From IMG/VR virus record IMGVR_UViG_3300036761_001580, positions 133,198-197,197 of that record: DNA of 64,000 nt; one strand, given 5' to 3'. Both the position numbers and the translations under genes were made by a program. Position 1 is the stretch's first letter. The number at the start of each line of letters is the position of its first letter. Under the pieces are notes generated by a model that was not told the DNA's origin, made no database searches, and was given only the letters and a program-made list of their open reading frames with translations. This document shows, in pieces, positions 8,808 through 18,606 of this stretch. Origin of the DNA: a virus.

Positions 8808-9673
8808 CAGGGCTTGTAGAACGGCAAAGCGATGCCGTAGAACTCCTTCACCGCCTTGGCGATGCGCAAGCACCTCGGGCTCTTCGGGTCGTTCTTCCAC
8901 CCCCACTGACCGAAAGTCGAGAGGTTCGTCATCTTCCAGGCCTTGTCGAAGTAGGCCTGAGGGTCACTGACCTCCGCCTTCAGGAACAGCTTGTAGGCCG
9001 CCCCCGGGTTGTTCTGCCAGAGGTTGAAGAACAACGCGACGAGCGCGGAGTCCCACGACGCCGGGTTGTCCGCCTTGAGCAAGTCCCTGATGGTCCTCCC
9101 TCCCAACGGGGGCCTCGGGAAGTCGAGCTGCCGAGCGAACTCGGCCTTGGCGTACGCGATCTGCGCCTCGGGGACGCCGGGCTTCGCTCCCATGTCCGCA
9201 AAGAGCTGCGCGAGAGCAAGAGCTGACTTGTTCGGAGTATCAGACTCGGCACCCATGCAGACATCCACGATCCACTTCTTCCCGACAGCATTGCTGGGAT
9301 CGAGAGCCAACCCACCCACCCAGAACTTCCCGTCTCTAATCTGGAAGCCGAACCGGGAGAAGACCTGAGGACCCCCGATAGCCCCCAAACACACCTGATC
9401 GAACAAGGTATGGTACCCGTTCTCCAGCGGGATCGACTTGAAGCTCTCCAGGAGCTTCTGGAGCCGGCCGCTGGTGAAGGTCCACTGTAGGAACCCCCAG
9501 GTCACCCCGGTGCCGTCGTACATGACGACGGTGTCGTGGTTGCCCTCACAGCGCGCGACCACGCCGAGGACCTTCGTCCAGGGCCCCCAGGGCTGCGCGG
9601 GGTTGAACCCGACGGATCCGATGACCCGGGGGCCACCTCCGTCCTTCCACTTGACCCACTGTGCTTTCGGCAT
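8807..9673 (-). CDS. hypothetical protein, ~289 aa
   Basis: Track ORF 8807..9784 trimmed to the internal M (MPKAQWVKW) just after the upstream stop at 9676. No confident motif. A lysozyme/transglycosylase-like role was considered and could not be supported. Confidence 0.45.
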   Translation of the reverse strand: MPKAQWVKWKDGGGPRVIGSVGFNPAQPWGPWTKVLGVVARCEGNHDTVVMYDGTGVTWGFLQWTFTSGRLQKLLESFKSIPLENGYHTLFDQVCLGAIGGPQVFSRFGFQIRDGKFWVGGLALDPSNAVGKKWIVDVCMGAESDTPNKSALALAQLFADMGAKPGVPEAQIAYAKAEFARQLDFPRPPLGGRTIRDLLKADNPASWDSALVALFFNLWQNNPGAAYKLFLKAEVSDPQAYFDKAWKMTNLSTFGQWGWKNDPKSPRCLRIAKAVKEFYGIALPFYKP

Positions 9674-9675
9674 GT

Positions 9676-10830
9676 CTACCTCCCCTTCTTCTTCGACCGA
9701 GAAGCCTTCTTGACGTTGTGCGCCTTGGCCTTGTGGGGCCCGAGGCCCTTCGAACTCTTCGCCACGAACCCGCAGACGTCGCAAACAAGGCTCTTCGAGA
9801 TGTCGTTGGCCTTCTGGATGTCGTCTTCTGCCTGCTCGACAGCCGGATCGGATTCCCCGTTCATCAGGTCGAAAGCGCGCTTCAAATGAGCCCCTTCTTG
9901 ATCCTGAAGAGCCTGAGCCTTCATCTCAGGTACGGACCGAAGCGTGTGCGCCGCCTTCGGGGCGGCCTCAGCCTCCTTGGCATGGAGACCCAAGGACGCC
10001 TCCGACTCCTCTTTGGGGTTATACCCATTCCGGGCCCCTGCCTTGTATGCCTTGAACCTCTCCTGGAGGTTGGCGTACTTCCCGTTCGAAGAGATCACCT
10101 TCACCCACTCCTTGAGCGCGCTGTAGGTCCTCGGCAGTGTGTAGTCCGCCTTCTCGCCCTCACCAGGCTCGTCCTTCCCGAACAGCGCGTTCCGGATGAG
10201 CTGCTTCTTCGACTCCTCGTCGAACACGTTCTCCTTCAACCACATGAGAACGCCGTAGACGGGGTCCACCTCGTTGAAACGAGCCTCGGCGACCTCCAGG
10301 CTCCTGTGGTGGAAGTCGATCTGCGTGAGGAGTGCCTCGTGCTCCTCCGAGAAGGCCTCCACGACCTTGTTGAAGGTCATGATCTCGAAGGCCTCCCTGC
10401 CCGGTGAAGGGTGGACGACGTTGGGGTCCACCGGGGGCATCGTGATCTCTTCAAGCTCGGGGATTGGTACCACATCGAAAGAGTGGGTTGCTTGCTGGAG
10501 CTTGTACCCCCTCGGAGCCTTCTTTCCGAGCCACAACTGCATCGGGGGGTTCGGCTTGAGGAGGAACCTCTTGAGGTCGACCGAGTTCTTGAGGACCTCG
10601 AAGGGGAAGTCCAGCCGCAACCAGTTGTCCCCCCGAGGTATCAAAAAGCTCAAGGGCCTTCCTTCCCGCTCCAGCATCATGCTGATCTGGCCCTTGAAAA
10701 CGTTCCGAATGAACACCGGGCGCTCCTTGGAGAAGAACTTGTCCACCTCCCGCGCCGTCAACCTTTGCTTCTTCATATCAATCACCCTTTCGGCGTCCTC
10801 ACGCCTCTTCTTTGTGTTTGTACCTGTCAC
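9676..10830 (-). CDS. hypothetical protein with C-terminal C2H2-like zinc finger, 384 aa
   Basis: CDVCGFVAKSSKGLGPHKAKAH at the C-terminus, followed by a basic tail. The start may instead be the internal MKKQRL (10776) to avoid a 32-nt overlap with the polymerase gene. Confidence 0.5.
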   Translation of the reverse strand: MTGTNTKKRREDAERVIDMKKQRLTAREVDKFFSKERPVFIRNVFKGQISMMLEREGRPLSFLIPRGDNWLRLDFPFEVLKNSVDLKRFLLKPNPPMQLWLGKKAPRGYKLQQATHSFDVVPIPELEEITMPPVDPNVVHPSPGREAFEIMTFNKVVEAFSEEHEALLTQIDFHHRSLEVAEARFNEVDPVYGVLMWLKENVFDEESKKQLIRNALFGKDEPGEGEKADYTLPRTYSALKEWVKVISSNGKYANLQERFKAYKAGARNGYNPKEESEASLGLHAKEAEAAPKAAHTLRSVPEMKAQALQDQEGAHLKRAFDLMNGESDPAVEQAEDDIQKANDISKSLVCDVCGFVAKSSKGLGPHKAKAHNVKKASRSKKKGR

Positions 10831-13015
10831 TCCACCTTTGCACGATCTCCGTGTCGACCGTCAGTGGCACCCTGAACTGCGTGACCTCCCGCAGCCGGGT
10901 CGTCATGCAGTCGTCCATGAGGCGGCTCACCTGCTCGACGCACTCGACGTGCGAGTGGACCACCAGTTCGTCGTGGATATGAAGGATCGGAGCAGCCTTC
11001 AGACCGTTCTTGATGATCTCCCGGCTGATCCAGATCAATGACAACGACGCCATGTCGACCGCGGAGCCTTGGATGGGGCTGTTCACGGACTGGCGGAGTG
11101 CCCTGTTGACGATGCTCTGCGCCCGAAGCACCTCGTGGTTGATGACACAGGACCGAACGTATTGGCAGCTCCTACAGGAGCTAAACGTGTTCCCCTTCTT
11201 CGACTTGAGATGATCCTGCAACACGTCTACGGGCATCGGGTAGAGTTCTTCCAGAGGGATGCCCAGCCACTTCGGATACGGACCATCCTTCTTGTAGCAC
11301 GGAGGACGTTTCTCCCACGAGGGGCCCGGTACACCGTTCGGAATCAGGGTGGCCGCCTCTGGGAGATGCCGCCTGCGACCAAAGATGTTCCGAACGTAGC
11401 CGTACCTCTTGACAAACTCATGGGTATCGTCGATCCACTGCTTCAGCACCGGGGCCGCGCCGAAGTAGTCCTCCCAGATCAGCTTGTGGGCCTCCTCCTG
11501 TGAGATCCCGAGGCTCTCGGCAAGAGCTTTCTCGCTCTGCCCGTACGCGATGCCGAAGTTGATAGTCTTGGCATGAGAGCGCTCCTTGGAGTACAGGTCC
11601 TTCACCTGGTTGACCTCGCAGGGGAGGTTCCAGATCTTCTTCGCCATCGCGGCGTGCATGTCGTAGCCGTTGTTGAAGCCATCCACCCAGACCGGCTCTC
11701 CCGAGATGTGCGCGATGACCTTCAGTTCGATCTGGGAGAAGTCCTTGAAGACCATGCGGTGCGCGTCGTCCGTGCACCACATCGACTTCACGACAAGACC
11801 ACCGTTCTCAGGTCTCGGGAGTGTCGTCAGGTTGGGGTCCCGCAGCTTCAGGCGGCCGGTCTTCGAGTCCATCCAGTACTCCGGATGGACCCAGCCGATG
11901 TAGCCCTGATTCGTGATCTCGACGACCTTGTTCAGCGCCGGCTCGGCGTAGAGGTTGTGGATCTGCTGCGCGCGGCGGAACTCCAGGAGCGGTTCCCGGA
12001 TCGGATGCTCCAAGCCCCTCACGAAGTCCATGTCCGTGCTCCACGAACCGTCCGCGGTGTGCTTCCCTGGCAGCCCCATCACCTCGAAGAGCTGCTTGCC
12101 GAGCTGCTCCGGGGAACTCACCTTGAACTTCGCCCCGCAGATCTCCTGGATACGCCTAGTGTTGACCTCAATGATCTGCTCCTGCTCAGCCTTCACCTGC
12201 TGTGCCCGATGAAGGTCCAGAGGCACTCCGTGAAGCTCCATGAGCATCAACGTGTGTTGCAGGGGGATGATCAGGTTGTCGTTCAGCGCAATGAGTTCCT
12301 CGGCCTCCAGCATCGGCATGAACACGTACTTCAGCGACAGAGTCAGATCGGCGTCGGCGCAGCCGTAGGGGTAGAGGACGTTCAACGGGACTTTGGAGTA
12401 GCGCAACATCTGAGGATCGTAGAACCTCAGCGCTTGGGCGAGATCGCCCTTGAACTGGCTCGCCGCGGTGTCTAGGTACGCATCCGAGATGCCCAGCTTG
12501 GTCACCTTACCCTCGGCGCTGAAGTCGGATTTCAAGGCGTGCGAGGAGGTCACGCAGTCTTCATCCAAAAGCGTGTGTGCGAGCATCGTGTCGAACGCCA
12601 GGCTCCGGGTGTAGATCTTCATGAGGTTCGCGAGCTGCCGAACGTCGAACTTGCCATTCTGCGCCACCTTGGGGGTAGGGCTTTCGAGAATCTCCTTGAG
12701 AAGGTCCTCTACATGAACCTGCCGAGAGCCCCAGAAAGGCGAATCGTCCGAACGGCTCAACGGAATGTAGGCCGCGTTGCCCGGGGTCCAGGGACGAACG
12801 ATTTCCGTCCGCCCCCAAGAGAAAGAGATGCCGCACACCTTGTGTGGGTAGTTCCTCGGTATCTTGTCCTTCATCGACTTGGAGGTGGGGTAGTTGGTCT
12901 CGATGTCGAAGGAGAACTCCTTCGAGTCGAACAGCACCGAAGCCAGCCACGAGAACTTCTTGGGGCTGTCGATCAAGTGATAGGTCTTCGGGACCTCGAT
13001 GTTCGAAAAGAACAT
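10799..13015 (-). CDS. polA: DNA polymerase, family A (Pol I-like) with 3'-5' exonuclease domain, no 5'-3' exonuclease domain
   Basis: Exo I FSFDIETNYP, motif A KDFSQIELKVIAHIS, motif B KTINFGIAYGQS, motif C ILHIHDELVV. 738 aa. Confidence 0.9.
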   Translation of the reverse strand: MFFSNIEVPKTYHLIDSPKKFSWLASVLFDSKEFSFDIETNYPTSKSMKDKIPRNYPHKVCGISFSWGRTEIVRPWTPGNAAYIPLSRSDDSPFWGSRQVHVEDLLKEILESPTPKVAQNGKFDVRQLANLMKIYTRSLAFDTMLAHTLLDEDCVTSSHALKSDFSAEGKVTKLGISDAYLDTAASQFKGDLAQALRFYDPQMLRYSKVPLNVLYPYGCADADLTLSLKYVFMPMLEAEELIALNDNLIIPLQHTLMLMELHGVPLDLHRAQQVKAEQEQIIEVNTRRIQEICGAKFKVSSPEQLGKQLFEVMGLPGKHTADGSWSTDMDFVRGLEHPIREPLLEFRRAQQIHNLYAEPALNKVVEITNQGYIGWVHPEYWMDSKTGRLKLRDPNLTTLPRPENGGLVVKSMWCTDDAHRMVFKDFSQIELKVIAHISGEPVWVDGFNNGYDMHAAMAKKIWNLPCEVNQVKDLYSKERSHAKTINFGIAYGQSEKALAESLGISQEEAHKLIWEDYFGAAPVLKQWIDDTHEFVKRYGYVRNIFGRRRHLPEAATLIPNGVPGPSWEKRPPCYKKDGPYPKWLGIPLEELYPMPVDVLQDHLKSKKGNTFSSCRSCQYVRSCVINHEVLRAQSIVNRALRQSVNSPIQGSAVDMASLSLIWISREIIKNGLKAAPILHIHDELVVHSHVECVEQVSRLMDDCMTTRLREVTQFRVPLTVDTEIVQRWSDRYKHKEEA

Positions 13016-13016
13016 G

Positions 13017-13589
13017 CTACCACCTGCGGCTTTCCACGGGAGAGTGGCTTCCCCAGTGTTCCTGGAAATAGATCCACGCGCGCATCAAGACGGTAACGAG
13101 ACTTCGGAGATCCCGCTGCTGGATGAAGAAGTCCCGCACCCGGGCACCGTTGTTCGTGAACTCCCTCCAACAGCAGACATGGAATACTTGCGTCCCGTTG
13201 TCGTCCGAAAGAAGCAGCTCTCCGATGACGGAGCCGCTCTTGAATTCCTTGACGGTTTCGTACTTCGCTTTGAAATCCTCCGAAGTCCCTTCGAGGAACC
13301 GGATGACACGCTGTGGCTGCTCCAACGGCATGGGTGGCCCACAGTCCGCGTCCCGGATCTCCTTGTGCCTGTCCGAGATGTAGGTCATGGCCTCCATGAT
13401 CGCGACAACCAGGTGCGGGATGCTGGGAATCCGTACCAGCGGGGAGAGGTACCGAGTGGTGCCCTCGACGCATTCCGACGCGCACACCACGTCGAAGAAC
13501 GTCTTCTGGGAGGGCTCCACCGTCTTTTGGTAGATCTCAACCAGTGCGCTCGTGTCCCCGAATTCAGAGACTCTGAAAGACTTTGTCAC
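13017..13589 (-). CDS. hypothetical protein, 190 aa
   Basis: Track ORF, coding-strand context, starts 2 nt after the upstream stop. Confidence 0.45.
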   Translation of the reverse strand: MTKSFRVSEFGDTSALVEIYQKTVEPSQKTFFDVVCASECVEGTTRYLSPLVRIPSIPHLVVAIMEAMTYISDRHKEIRDADCGPPMPLEQPQRVIRFLEGTSEDFKAKYETVKEFKSGSVIGELLLSDDNGTQVFHVCCWREFTNNGARVRDFFIQQRDLRSLVTVLMRAWIYFQEHWGSHSPVESRRW

Positions 13590-14335
13590 GGGGCCTTCCC
13601 TATACGCTCCTTCAGCTGAAGGACGTCCTCCCTCTTCAAGAAGGTAGCTCCGGACTTCTGAACCGTAACGAGGTTTCCCCGGCGCACATGGCCCATGACG
13701 TTCATGTACGAACAGCCGAAGATCTCTGCCGCAGTCTTCATCGTCACCAGGCCCTCAGCCTCCAGGACGTCCTTGTCGATGAGCACTTCCGGCCGCACCG
13801 GCTTTCTCTCGACCGGCGGAGGTTCAGGCAGGTCCAGGTCAGTCTGGACGCGGTCCTTGATGGGTTGCTCGGCGATCTCTTCAGGCTTCGCTTCTTCCAA
13901 CATCATCTTGCGCGACGTCACGAGATCGTACAGCTCCGCGTAGGTCAGCTCGCTGATGTTGTGCTTGATCCACTTCACGAGAGTGGTCTTCTTCGTCACC
14001 CCGATGCCCAAACGAGTGGCATAGGTCGCCAGGCAGAAATGATGCACATGGCAGGTGACTGTGCAGGGCCTCCCATCGACGCCACCGCAGGACTTGCAGG
14101 TGCCCCCTCCAGGAACCTTCGCCCGAACGCTGCAAATGTGGCTGTCCAGCTTGGGATCGGAAAAGCACTCTCGTCCGAGGACCTCGTCACCGAGACGCGC
14201 AGAGTAGTGGCGGTTGATCTCCAGAAGGAGATCCGAGTCCAGAACAATTTTCTGCCCAAGAACCACGGACTCCGCAGGCTGCTCTTTCTTCGCCTTCGCC
14301 TTCGGTTTTGCTTTCGCCTTCACCATGAGCGCCAC
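13586..14335 (-). CDS. DNA-binding protein with C-terminal Xis/AlpA/MerR-type helix-turn-helix and a Cys/His cluster
   Basis: C-terminus LVTMKTAAEIFGCSYMNVMGHVRRGNLVTVQKSGATFLKREDV matches the HTH_17/excisionase-like pattern. Central GGTCKSCGGVDGRPCTVTCHVHHFC is a probable metal site. N-terminal AKAKPKAKAKK basic tail. Confidence 0.55.
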   Translation of the reverse strand: MALMVKAKAKPKAKAKKEQPAESVVLGQKIVLDSDLLLEINRHYSARLGDEVLGRECFSDPKLDSHICSVRAKVPGGGTCKSCGGVDGRPCTVTCHVHHFCLATYATRLGIGVTKKTTLVKWIKHNISELTYAELYDLVTSRKMMLEEAKPEEIAEQPIKDRVQTDLDLPEPPPVERKPVRPEVLIDKDVLEAEGLVTMKTAAEIFGCSYMNVMGHVRRGNLVTVQKSGATFLKREDVLQLKERIGKAP

Positions 14336-14341
14336 CTTTCG

Positions 14342-15496
14342 TTACGCAGGAGCCTTCAAGAGGAACGTCACGTCCCTCCCGAACTCGTCTTGCAGGACGA
14401 GCAGCGAGTTGTTGATCCGGTCGATGAGAACCAGGTTACCTTCGTAGCTCTTGAGAGCCAGTAGTGCCTGGCTCTTGTTTACCCTGAAGGGCTCCAGGTC
14501 TGTCGGGCCCCTCGAAAGGGTCTCCACCAGTTCCGAGACCTCGCACCCGTCGTGAGTCCTCGCACTGATCTTGAACACTGGGTTGCCGGAAGTCGCTGAG
14601 AGACCGTCGATCTGCATCAGGAGCATCGACTCCTCGGTCCCGACCACAGCGGCTACCAAATCGAGTACCTCAGAGAGCCGTTTCTGGCTGAACGTGTAGA
14701 TCCGCCCTTCGCGAGCGACCTGCTCCAGGCTGTTCGGCAGCAAACGGAAATCGTACACATAGGATGACGGGATCGCGTCGTGCAGGGTCGGCATGTAGAA
14801 CTGCACCCCGCTGCTCAACACCGCACCGACCTTGGTCGGGGCCACCATGAACGTCGTAATCGATCCAAACGAAGACGACGACTTCGACCACTTCGAAATC
14901 GCAGAAATCGCGGAGCAGAACTCGTCCGAAACGACGATGCGAACATCCCCAAAAGCCTGCTTGTTGCAGGAGCACATCCGGTAGGAGTAGTTCCCGATCT
15001 TGACCACCCGGCACATCCCCGGAGCGGTGTTGTCGATCAGGATCCCCGGGGCCTGCTTGTTCGCACCGACAGCGCCCTCGCAGATCGACAGCGCCCTCGT
15101 CAGCTCTTCGACTTGGGGACCGGACACCGTGAGCATCTCAGGGAACTTGTAGTGCTTGGTGTACTGCACCGTCGGGAACTTCACTGAGATGTTGTCCTCG
15201 GAGATGATGAGCTGCTCCTTGGAGGGCTTGAACAGGATCTGGCTCCCCGCATACAGCTTCTTCCACAGAGACAAGAACTTCCCCGACTCAACCCCGAAAC
15301 TGAAGGACTTCCCGCCGGTCGCGTTGAGGGACACGATGACGGAAGCGGTGACGGTCTGCGAGAACATGCTGAAAACCGAACCGTCGTAGGACAGGTAGAC
15401 GTAGTCGTTCTTCGGGTTACACTTCTCCAGGGCTCGACAAAAGTCGGTCATCAAGTGGTAGTCGACAACAAAGCCGTTGTTCTGAACCGTGATCAC
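14342..15496 (-). CDS. possible DNA polymerase sliding clamp (beta-clamp-like), 384 aa
   Basis: Size matches bacterial beta clamp (~366 aa). Sits between the polymerase/DnaX and primase genes. The N-terminal hydrophobic periodicity loosely resembles the DnaN N-terminus. No hard motif, so this is a weak call. Confidence 0.35.
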   Translation of the reverse strand: MITVQNNGFVVDYHLMTDFCRALEKCNPKNDYVYLSYDGSVFSMFSQTVTASVIVSLNATGGKSFSFGVESGKFLSLWKKLYAGSQILFKPSKEQLIISEDNISVKFPTVQYTKHYKFPEMLTVSGPQVEELTRALSICEGAVGANKQAPGILIDNTAPGMCRVVKIGNYSYRMCSCNKQAFGDVRIVVSDEFCSAISAISKWSKSSSSFGSITTFMVAPTKVGAVLSSGVQFYMPTLHDAIPSSYVYDFRLLPNSLEQVAREGRIYTFSQKRLSEVLDLVAAVVGTEESMLLMQIDGLSATSGNPVFKISARTHDGCEVSELVETLSRGPTDLEPFRVNKSQALLALKSYEGNLVLIDRINNSLLVLQDEFGRDVTFLLKAPA

Positions 15497-16251
15497 AGCT
15501 CGCTCGCTTTCAGGTAGATGGGCTGCAACGACTCGTCCTGGATAAAAGAACGCTCCATACAGTGATAGGCTTGGAGGATCTCCACCTTGGCGGCACGAAC
15601 ACTATTCACGGTCATTCGGAGGCTCATCGCCAGGTAGGAGTCCTCCGCGAAGACCCCTTCCAAGAAAAGATCAAAGACCCGACGCGCCGGCTCAGAGAGC
15701 TGCGGAACAATCTCATGGTACATCTGAGCCGCCGAGAAGAGGCTCTCAGGATCGACAGAGAATCGTGCTTGCATGTCAACAAACTCATCAGTGGTCTCCA
15801 AAGAGACCACCTCGGTCGAAACATCCCGCTTGTGCATGAGAGACCCACGTAAAATGTCAACGCACTGCTGCTGGATCTTCTTGTAGAGGAAGCTGAAGAA
15901 CTTGGCCCTCCGCACTTCAGTGGCCTCCGACCGCTCCACCTTCAGAGACTTCCGAATCTTGTTCAACTTCGGGGTCTCCAGGAGAAGAAGGCCCTCTTCC
16001 ACCCCACGACATTGATACAAGGACTTGCGGTACTTGTAGACGGGAGCCCGGTAGAAATCACACGCGGCGGAGAACACGCAGAGCACCTCTCCAAGAATGT
16101 CCTCCTCTGAGGCTTTCGTTGCCTCAGCGACCTGGATCACCGCTTTGAAAACGAAAGGAGCCATCTTGCAGAAGGCCTGCGCCTGCTCGGAGTTGTCCCG
16201 CTTCAGAGCTTCGGTGATGACCCGAAGTCGTTTTCCCAGAGTGCTCTTCAA
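15493..16251 (-). CDS. hypothetical protein (~250 aa, start trimmed)
   Basis: Track ORF 15493..16650 has a Gly/Arg-rich N-terminus that is out-of-frame read-through of the primase gene. A plausible start is TTG 16251, overlapping the primase TGA as TTGA. The ATG at 16164 (MAPFVFK) is an alternative. Confidence 0.45.
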   Translation of the reverse strand: MKSTLGKRLRVITEALKRDNSEQAQAFCKMAPFVFKAVIQVAEATKASEEDILGEVLCVFSAACDFYRAPVYKYRKSLYQCRGVEEGLLLLETPKLNKIRKSLKVERSEATEVRRAKFFSFLYKKIQQQCVDILRGSLMHKRDVSTEVVSLETTDEFVDMQARFSVDPESLFSAAQMYHEIVPQLSEPARRVFDLFLEGVFAEDSYLAMSLRMTVNSVRAAKVEILQAYHCMERSFIQDESLQPIYLKASEL

Positions 16252-17183
16252 GACAACGTCTCCGTCAGCTCTTGGAACCGGTCGTACGCCAAGGACCCGG
16301 GGTCCTCCGCCTTCTCCAGATGGATCAGTTGAGCATCGAGCCCAAAAGCCGCCAGCTCGTTCGCCACCTTCAAGCCCAGATCGATCTCCTTGCCGTCCTT
16401 CACGAACCGCGCGTCCCCGTCCAGGCACACAACAGGCTGCAAGGAGTGGCAGATGCAGAGATCCCGTATTCTGTTGAGCTGGGACGCAGAGGCCTTGCTC
16501 GTGAAGAGCCCCACGGCCTGGGCCCCGAAGCTCGACAGCTTCCAGACGTCGCTCGCGCCCTCCACAATCCAGAGGTGCTTGCTGGTCGGCCCTACCAGCC
16601 ACCCACCGTAGAGAATGGTCTGCGCTGCGGAGCCGCTCGGCATCTTCCACCGCTGCGGAGCCGAAGGAGCGAGGTACCGAACCTGGAAGGTGACGTAGGC
16701 CTCGTTGAGGTCGTAGACAGGTGCAACGATGGAGTCCGAGATGGTGATGCCGGCGCTCATCCCACCGACCCCGTACCAGAGGTGGTACCTGGACACAATA
16801 TCAGGTCCAAGGCCACGGTCGACGAGGTACTTGATGGACCTGATCGGCTCGATCATCGGCGGCTGCGGGAAGTCGGAAACCCAGTACTTCTTCGTCTCGC
16901 CCTTCTTCTCGGCGAACAGCTCTTCGAGGTCTGGAGTCACGTTCGTGAGGCGGAGGTCCTTGTAGACCTGCGCCCACGACTCGATGTGCTCCATCAGCTT
17001 GTAGAAGTAGGCGAACGAACCGCGGATACCGCACTTGGGGGACCCGCACACGAAAACGCCGTCCTCCCGGATCGAGAAGGAAGGAGAATTGTCGTTATGG
17101 AACGGGCACCTAGTATGGATCTGTCCCGACGAATTGAACGCCATTCCAGGCAGTCGGGAAAGGATGTACTCTCTTGAATCCAC
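16248..17183 (-). CDS. dnaG: DnaG-like DNA primase (CHC2 zinc finger + Toprim)
   Basis: CPFHNDNSPSFSI..FVCGSPKCG zinc finger. Toprim signatures IVEGASDVW and VCLDGDARF. Confidence 0.8.
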   Translation of the reverse strand: MDSREYILSRLPGMAFNSSGQIHTRCPFHNDNSPSFSIREDGVFVCGSPKCGIRGSFAYFYKLMEHIESWAQVYKDLRLTNVTPDLEELFAEKKGETKKYWVSDFPQPPMIEPIRSIKYLVDRGLGPDIVSRYHLWYGVGGMSAGITISDSIVAPVYDLNEAYVTFQVRYLAPSAPQRWKMPSGSAAQTILYGGWLVGPTSKHLWIVEGASDVWKLSSFGAQAVGLFTSKASASQLNRIRDLCICHSLQPVVCLDGDARFVKDGKEIDLGLKVANELAAFGLDAQLIHLEKAEDPGSLAYDRFQELTETLS

Positions 17184-17247
17184 TCCACACCTACAAGGTC
17201 ACGTAGAAGTCACATATCGAAGGCTGAATCTATATCACAGACGCTCC

Positions 17248-18606
17248 TCATTTGTCAACGACGAAGGGGTTGATCTTGGCAGCGTGCTCCCACAGCCGGT
17301 GCAGCTCCCGGGAGATAGACATCCGCGCCAGATCTGCATCGAGAACGATCTCAGGGATCGTGATCGATCCGTCTCGCGCGAACTGCGGGCTCAGGATGAT
17401 GATCCCCTCGTCGCGCTCGTCATCCGTCTGATCGATAGCTATACAAAGGTCCAGTGCCCTGGAGATGTCGATGCTCAGGCCGCGGTGCTCCAGGGAGAGA
17501 CGGTCAGCCTTCACGCCGGCCATGTTCGCCTGGCTCGCCTCGAAGATGGCAACATTGAACTTCTCCGCGTGCCTCTTCAGGTCCCAGACGATCTGCTTCT
17601 GCTCACGCCGCTCCTCGCCCTTGAACCGGACGCTGGGAGCGATGATGTTCAAGTAGTCCCAGATCTCGACATCCGGAGACCACCCTTCTTGATCGCGGAA
17701 GCGCTCGACCTCGACCTCGACCTCAGCCACGGTGGTCTCCTCCGCGGTCGCCTTCACGATCTTCAGCCGGTTGCTCCAGGTCTTCATCCAGGAGAACGTG
17801 CGGTCGAGATTGTCCTTCTCCTCCTGGGTGAGCAGCAGGTTCGAGATGCGCTGGTAGTTCAACTCGCTGAACATCGCGTCGTACCTGCCCATCGTCATCT
17901 CCTCGGAGTTCTCGTAGGTGACGTGGAGCACGTTGAAGCCTTGGAGCAGGAGCGCGTAGCCCATGGCGTTCAAGAAGATCGACTTGTACCTCTTGAAAGG
18001 CGCGATGAAGTCGCACACCATCGGGGCCTTGATAACGAACTGCACGTCGAGACCGCGGATGCCTGTCATCAGTCGCGGGTTCAGATTAGGGTTGTCTCGC
18101 GATACCCTCCGACGGGACATGCGTTCAGGGTAGTTGTCAACGTAGTCGACGACTCTGAGCTTGCGGCCTTGGATGACATTTCTGGCCTCCAGAACGCCCT
18201 TCCCAAGGGCTTCCAGGAGGTAGTCCACCCGCGAGGTCTGCGAGAAGCCCTCGAAAGCTGCGCGCGACGTCGAGTTGATGATACAGAACGAAATGTAGGC
18301 CCTGAACTTCGCGGACGCATCCTCCAGAAATGTGAGCGGGCGCGTGTACAAATGCCACATCTGGGCACGGTACTTCACCAGCTCCTCGGGGTCTTTGACC
18401 GAGAGCATCTCCTGGTCGAGGAAGTCCCACACAAGAGGCTTCCACTTCCGTTCCTTCAGGAGCTTCACCAGCCACTTGTAGGATGGGATCTGGAAGTGCT
18501 CGGGCTCCACGACCGCCAGGACGTCAGGATCGACCAGGCCAGGCTTCTGAACCACGGCGGCGAGGAACTCGGCCTCGATGTTGACATCGATCTTCAAGTC
18601 GGCCAC
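17248..18606 (-). CDS. dnaB: DnaB-family replicative helicase with non-canonical Walker A
   Basis: LMTGIRGLDVQF (DnaB TGxxxLD), Walker B-like EIWDYLNII, H4-like IFEASQANM, arginine-finger-like LSLEHRGLSID. The P-loop position reads APFKRYKS rather than GxxxxGKT. Confidence 0.55.
   Translation of the reverse strand: MADLKIDVNIEAEFLAAVVQKPGLVDPDVLAVVEPEHFQIPSYKWLVKLLKERKWKPLVWDFLDQEMLSVKDPEELVKYRAQMWHLYTRPLTFLEDASAKFRAYISFCIINSTSRAAFEGFSQTSRVDYLLEALGKGVLEARNVIQGRKLRVVDYVDNYPERMSRRRVSRDNPNLNPRLMTGIRGLDVQFVIKAPMVCDFIAPFKRYKSIFLNAMGYALLLQGFNVLHVTYENSEEMTMGRYDAMFSELNYQRISNLLLTQEEKDNLDRTFSWMKTWSNRLKIVKATAEETTVAEVEVEVERFRDQEGWSPDVEIWDYLNIIAPSVRFKGEERREQKQIVWDLKRHAEKFNVAIFEASQANMAGVKADRLSLEHRGLSIDISRALDLCIAIDQTDDERDEGIIILSPQFARDGSITIPEIVLDADLARMSISRELHRLWEHAAKINPFVVDK

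Noticed and set aside
8807-9673. Considered calling this protein a lysozyme/lytic transglycosylase (endolysin)
   Set aside because: Only a vague resemblance (TGVTWGFLQW). No catalytic Glu-containing signature could be identified, and the location inside the replication operon is atypical. Left as hypothetical.
15493-16650. Full-length 385-aa version of the ORF (and similar N-terminal extensions of ORFs 52675..53898, 18594..19466, 23422..24216, 32957..33472, 33432..37130)
   Set aside because: The N-terminal portions overlap the upstream gene out of frame and are Gly/Arg-rich. Starts were trimmed to internal ATG/GTG/TTG codons adjacent to the upstream stop.
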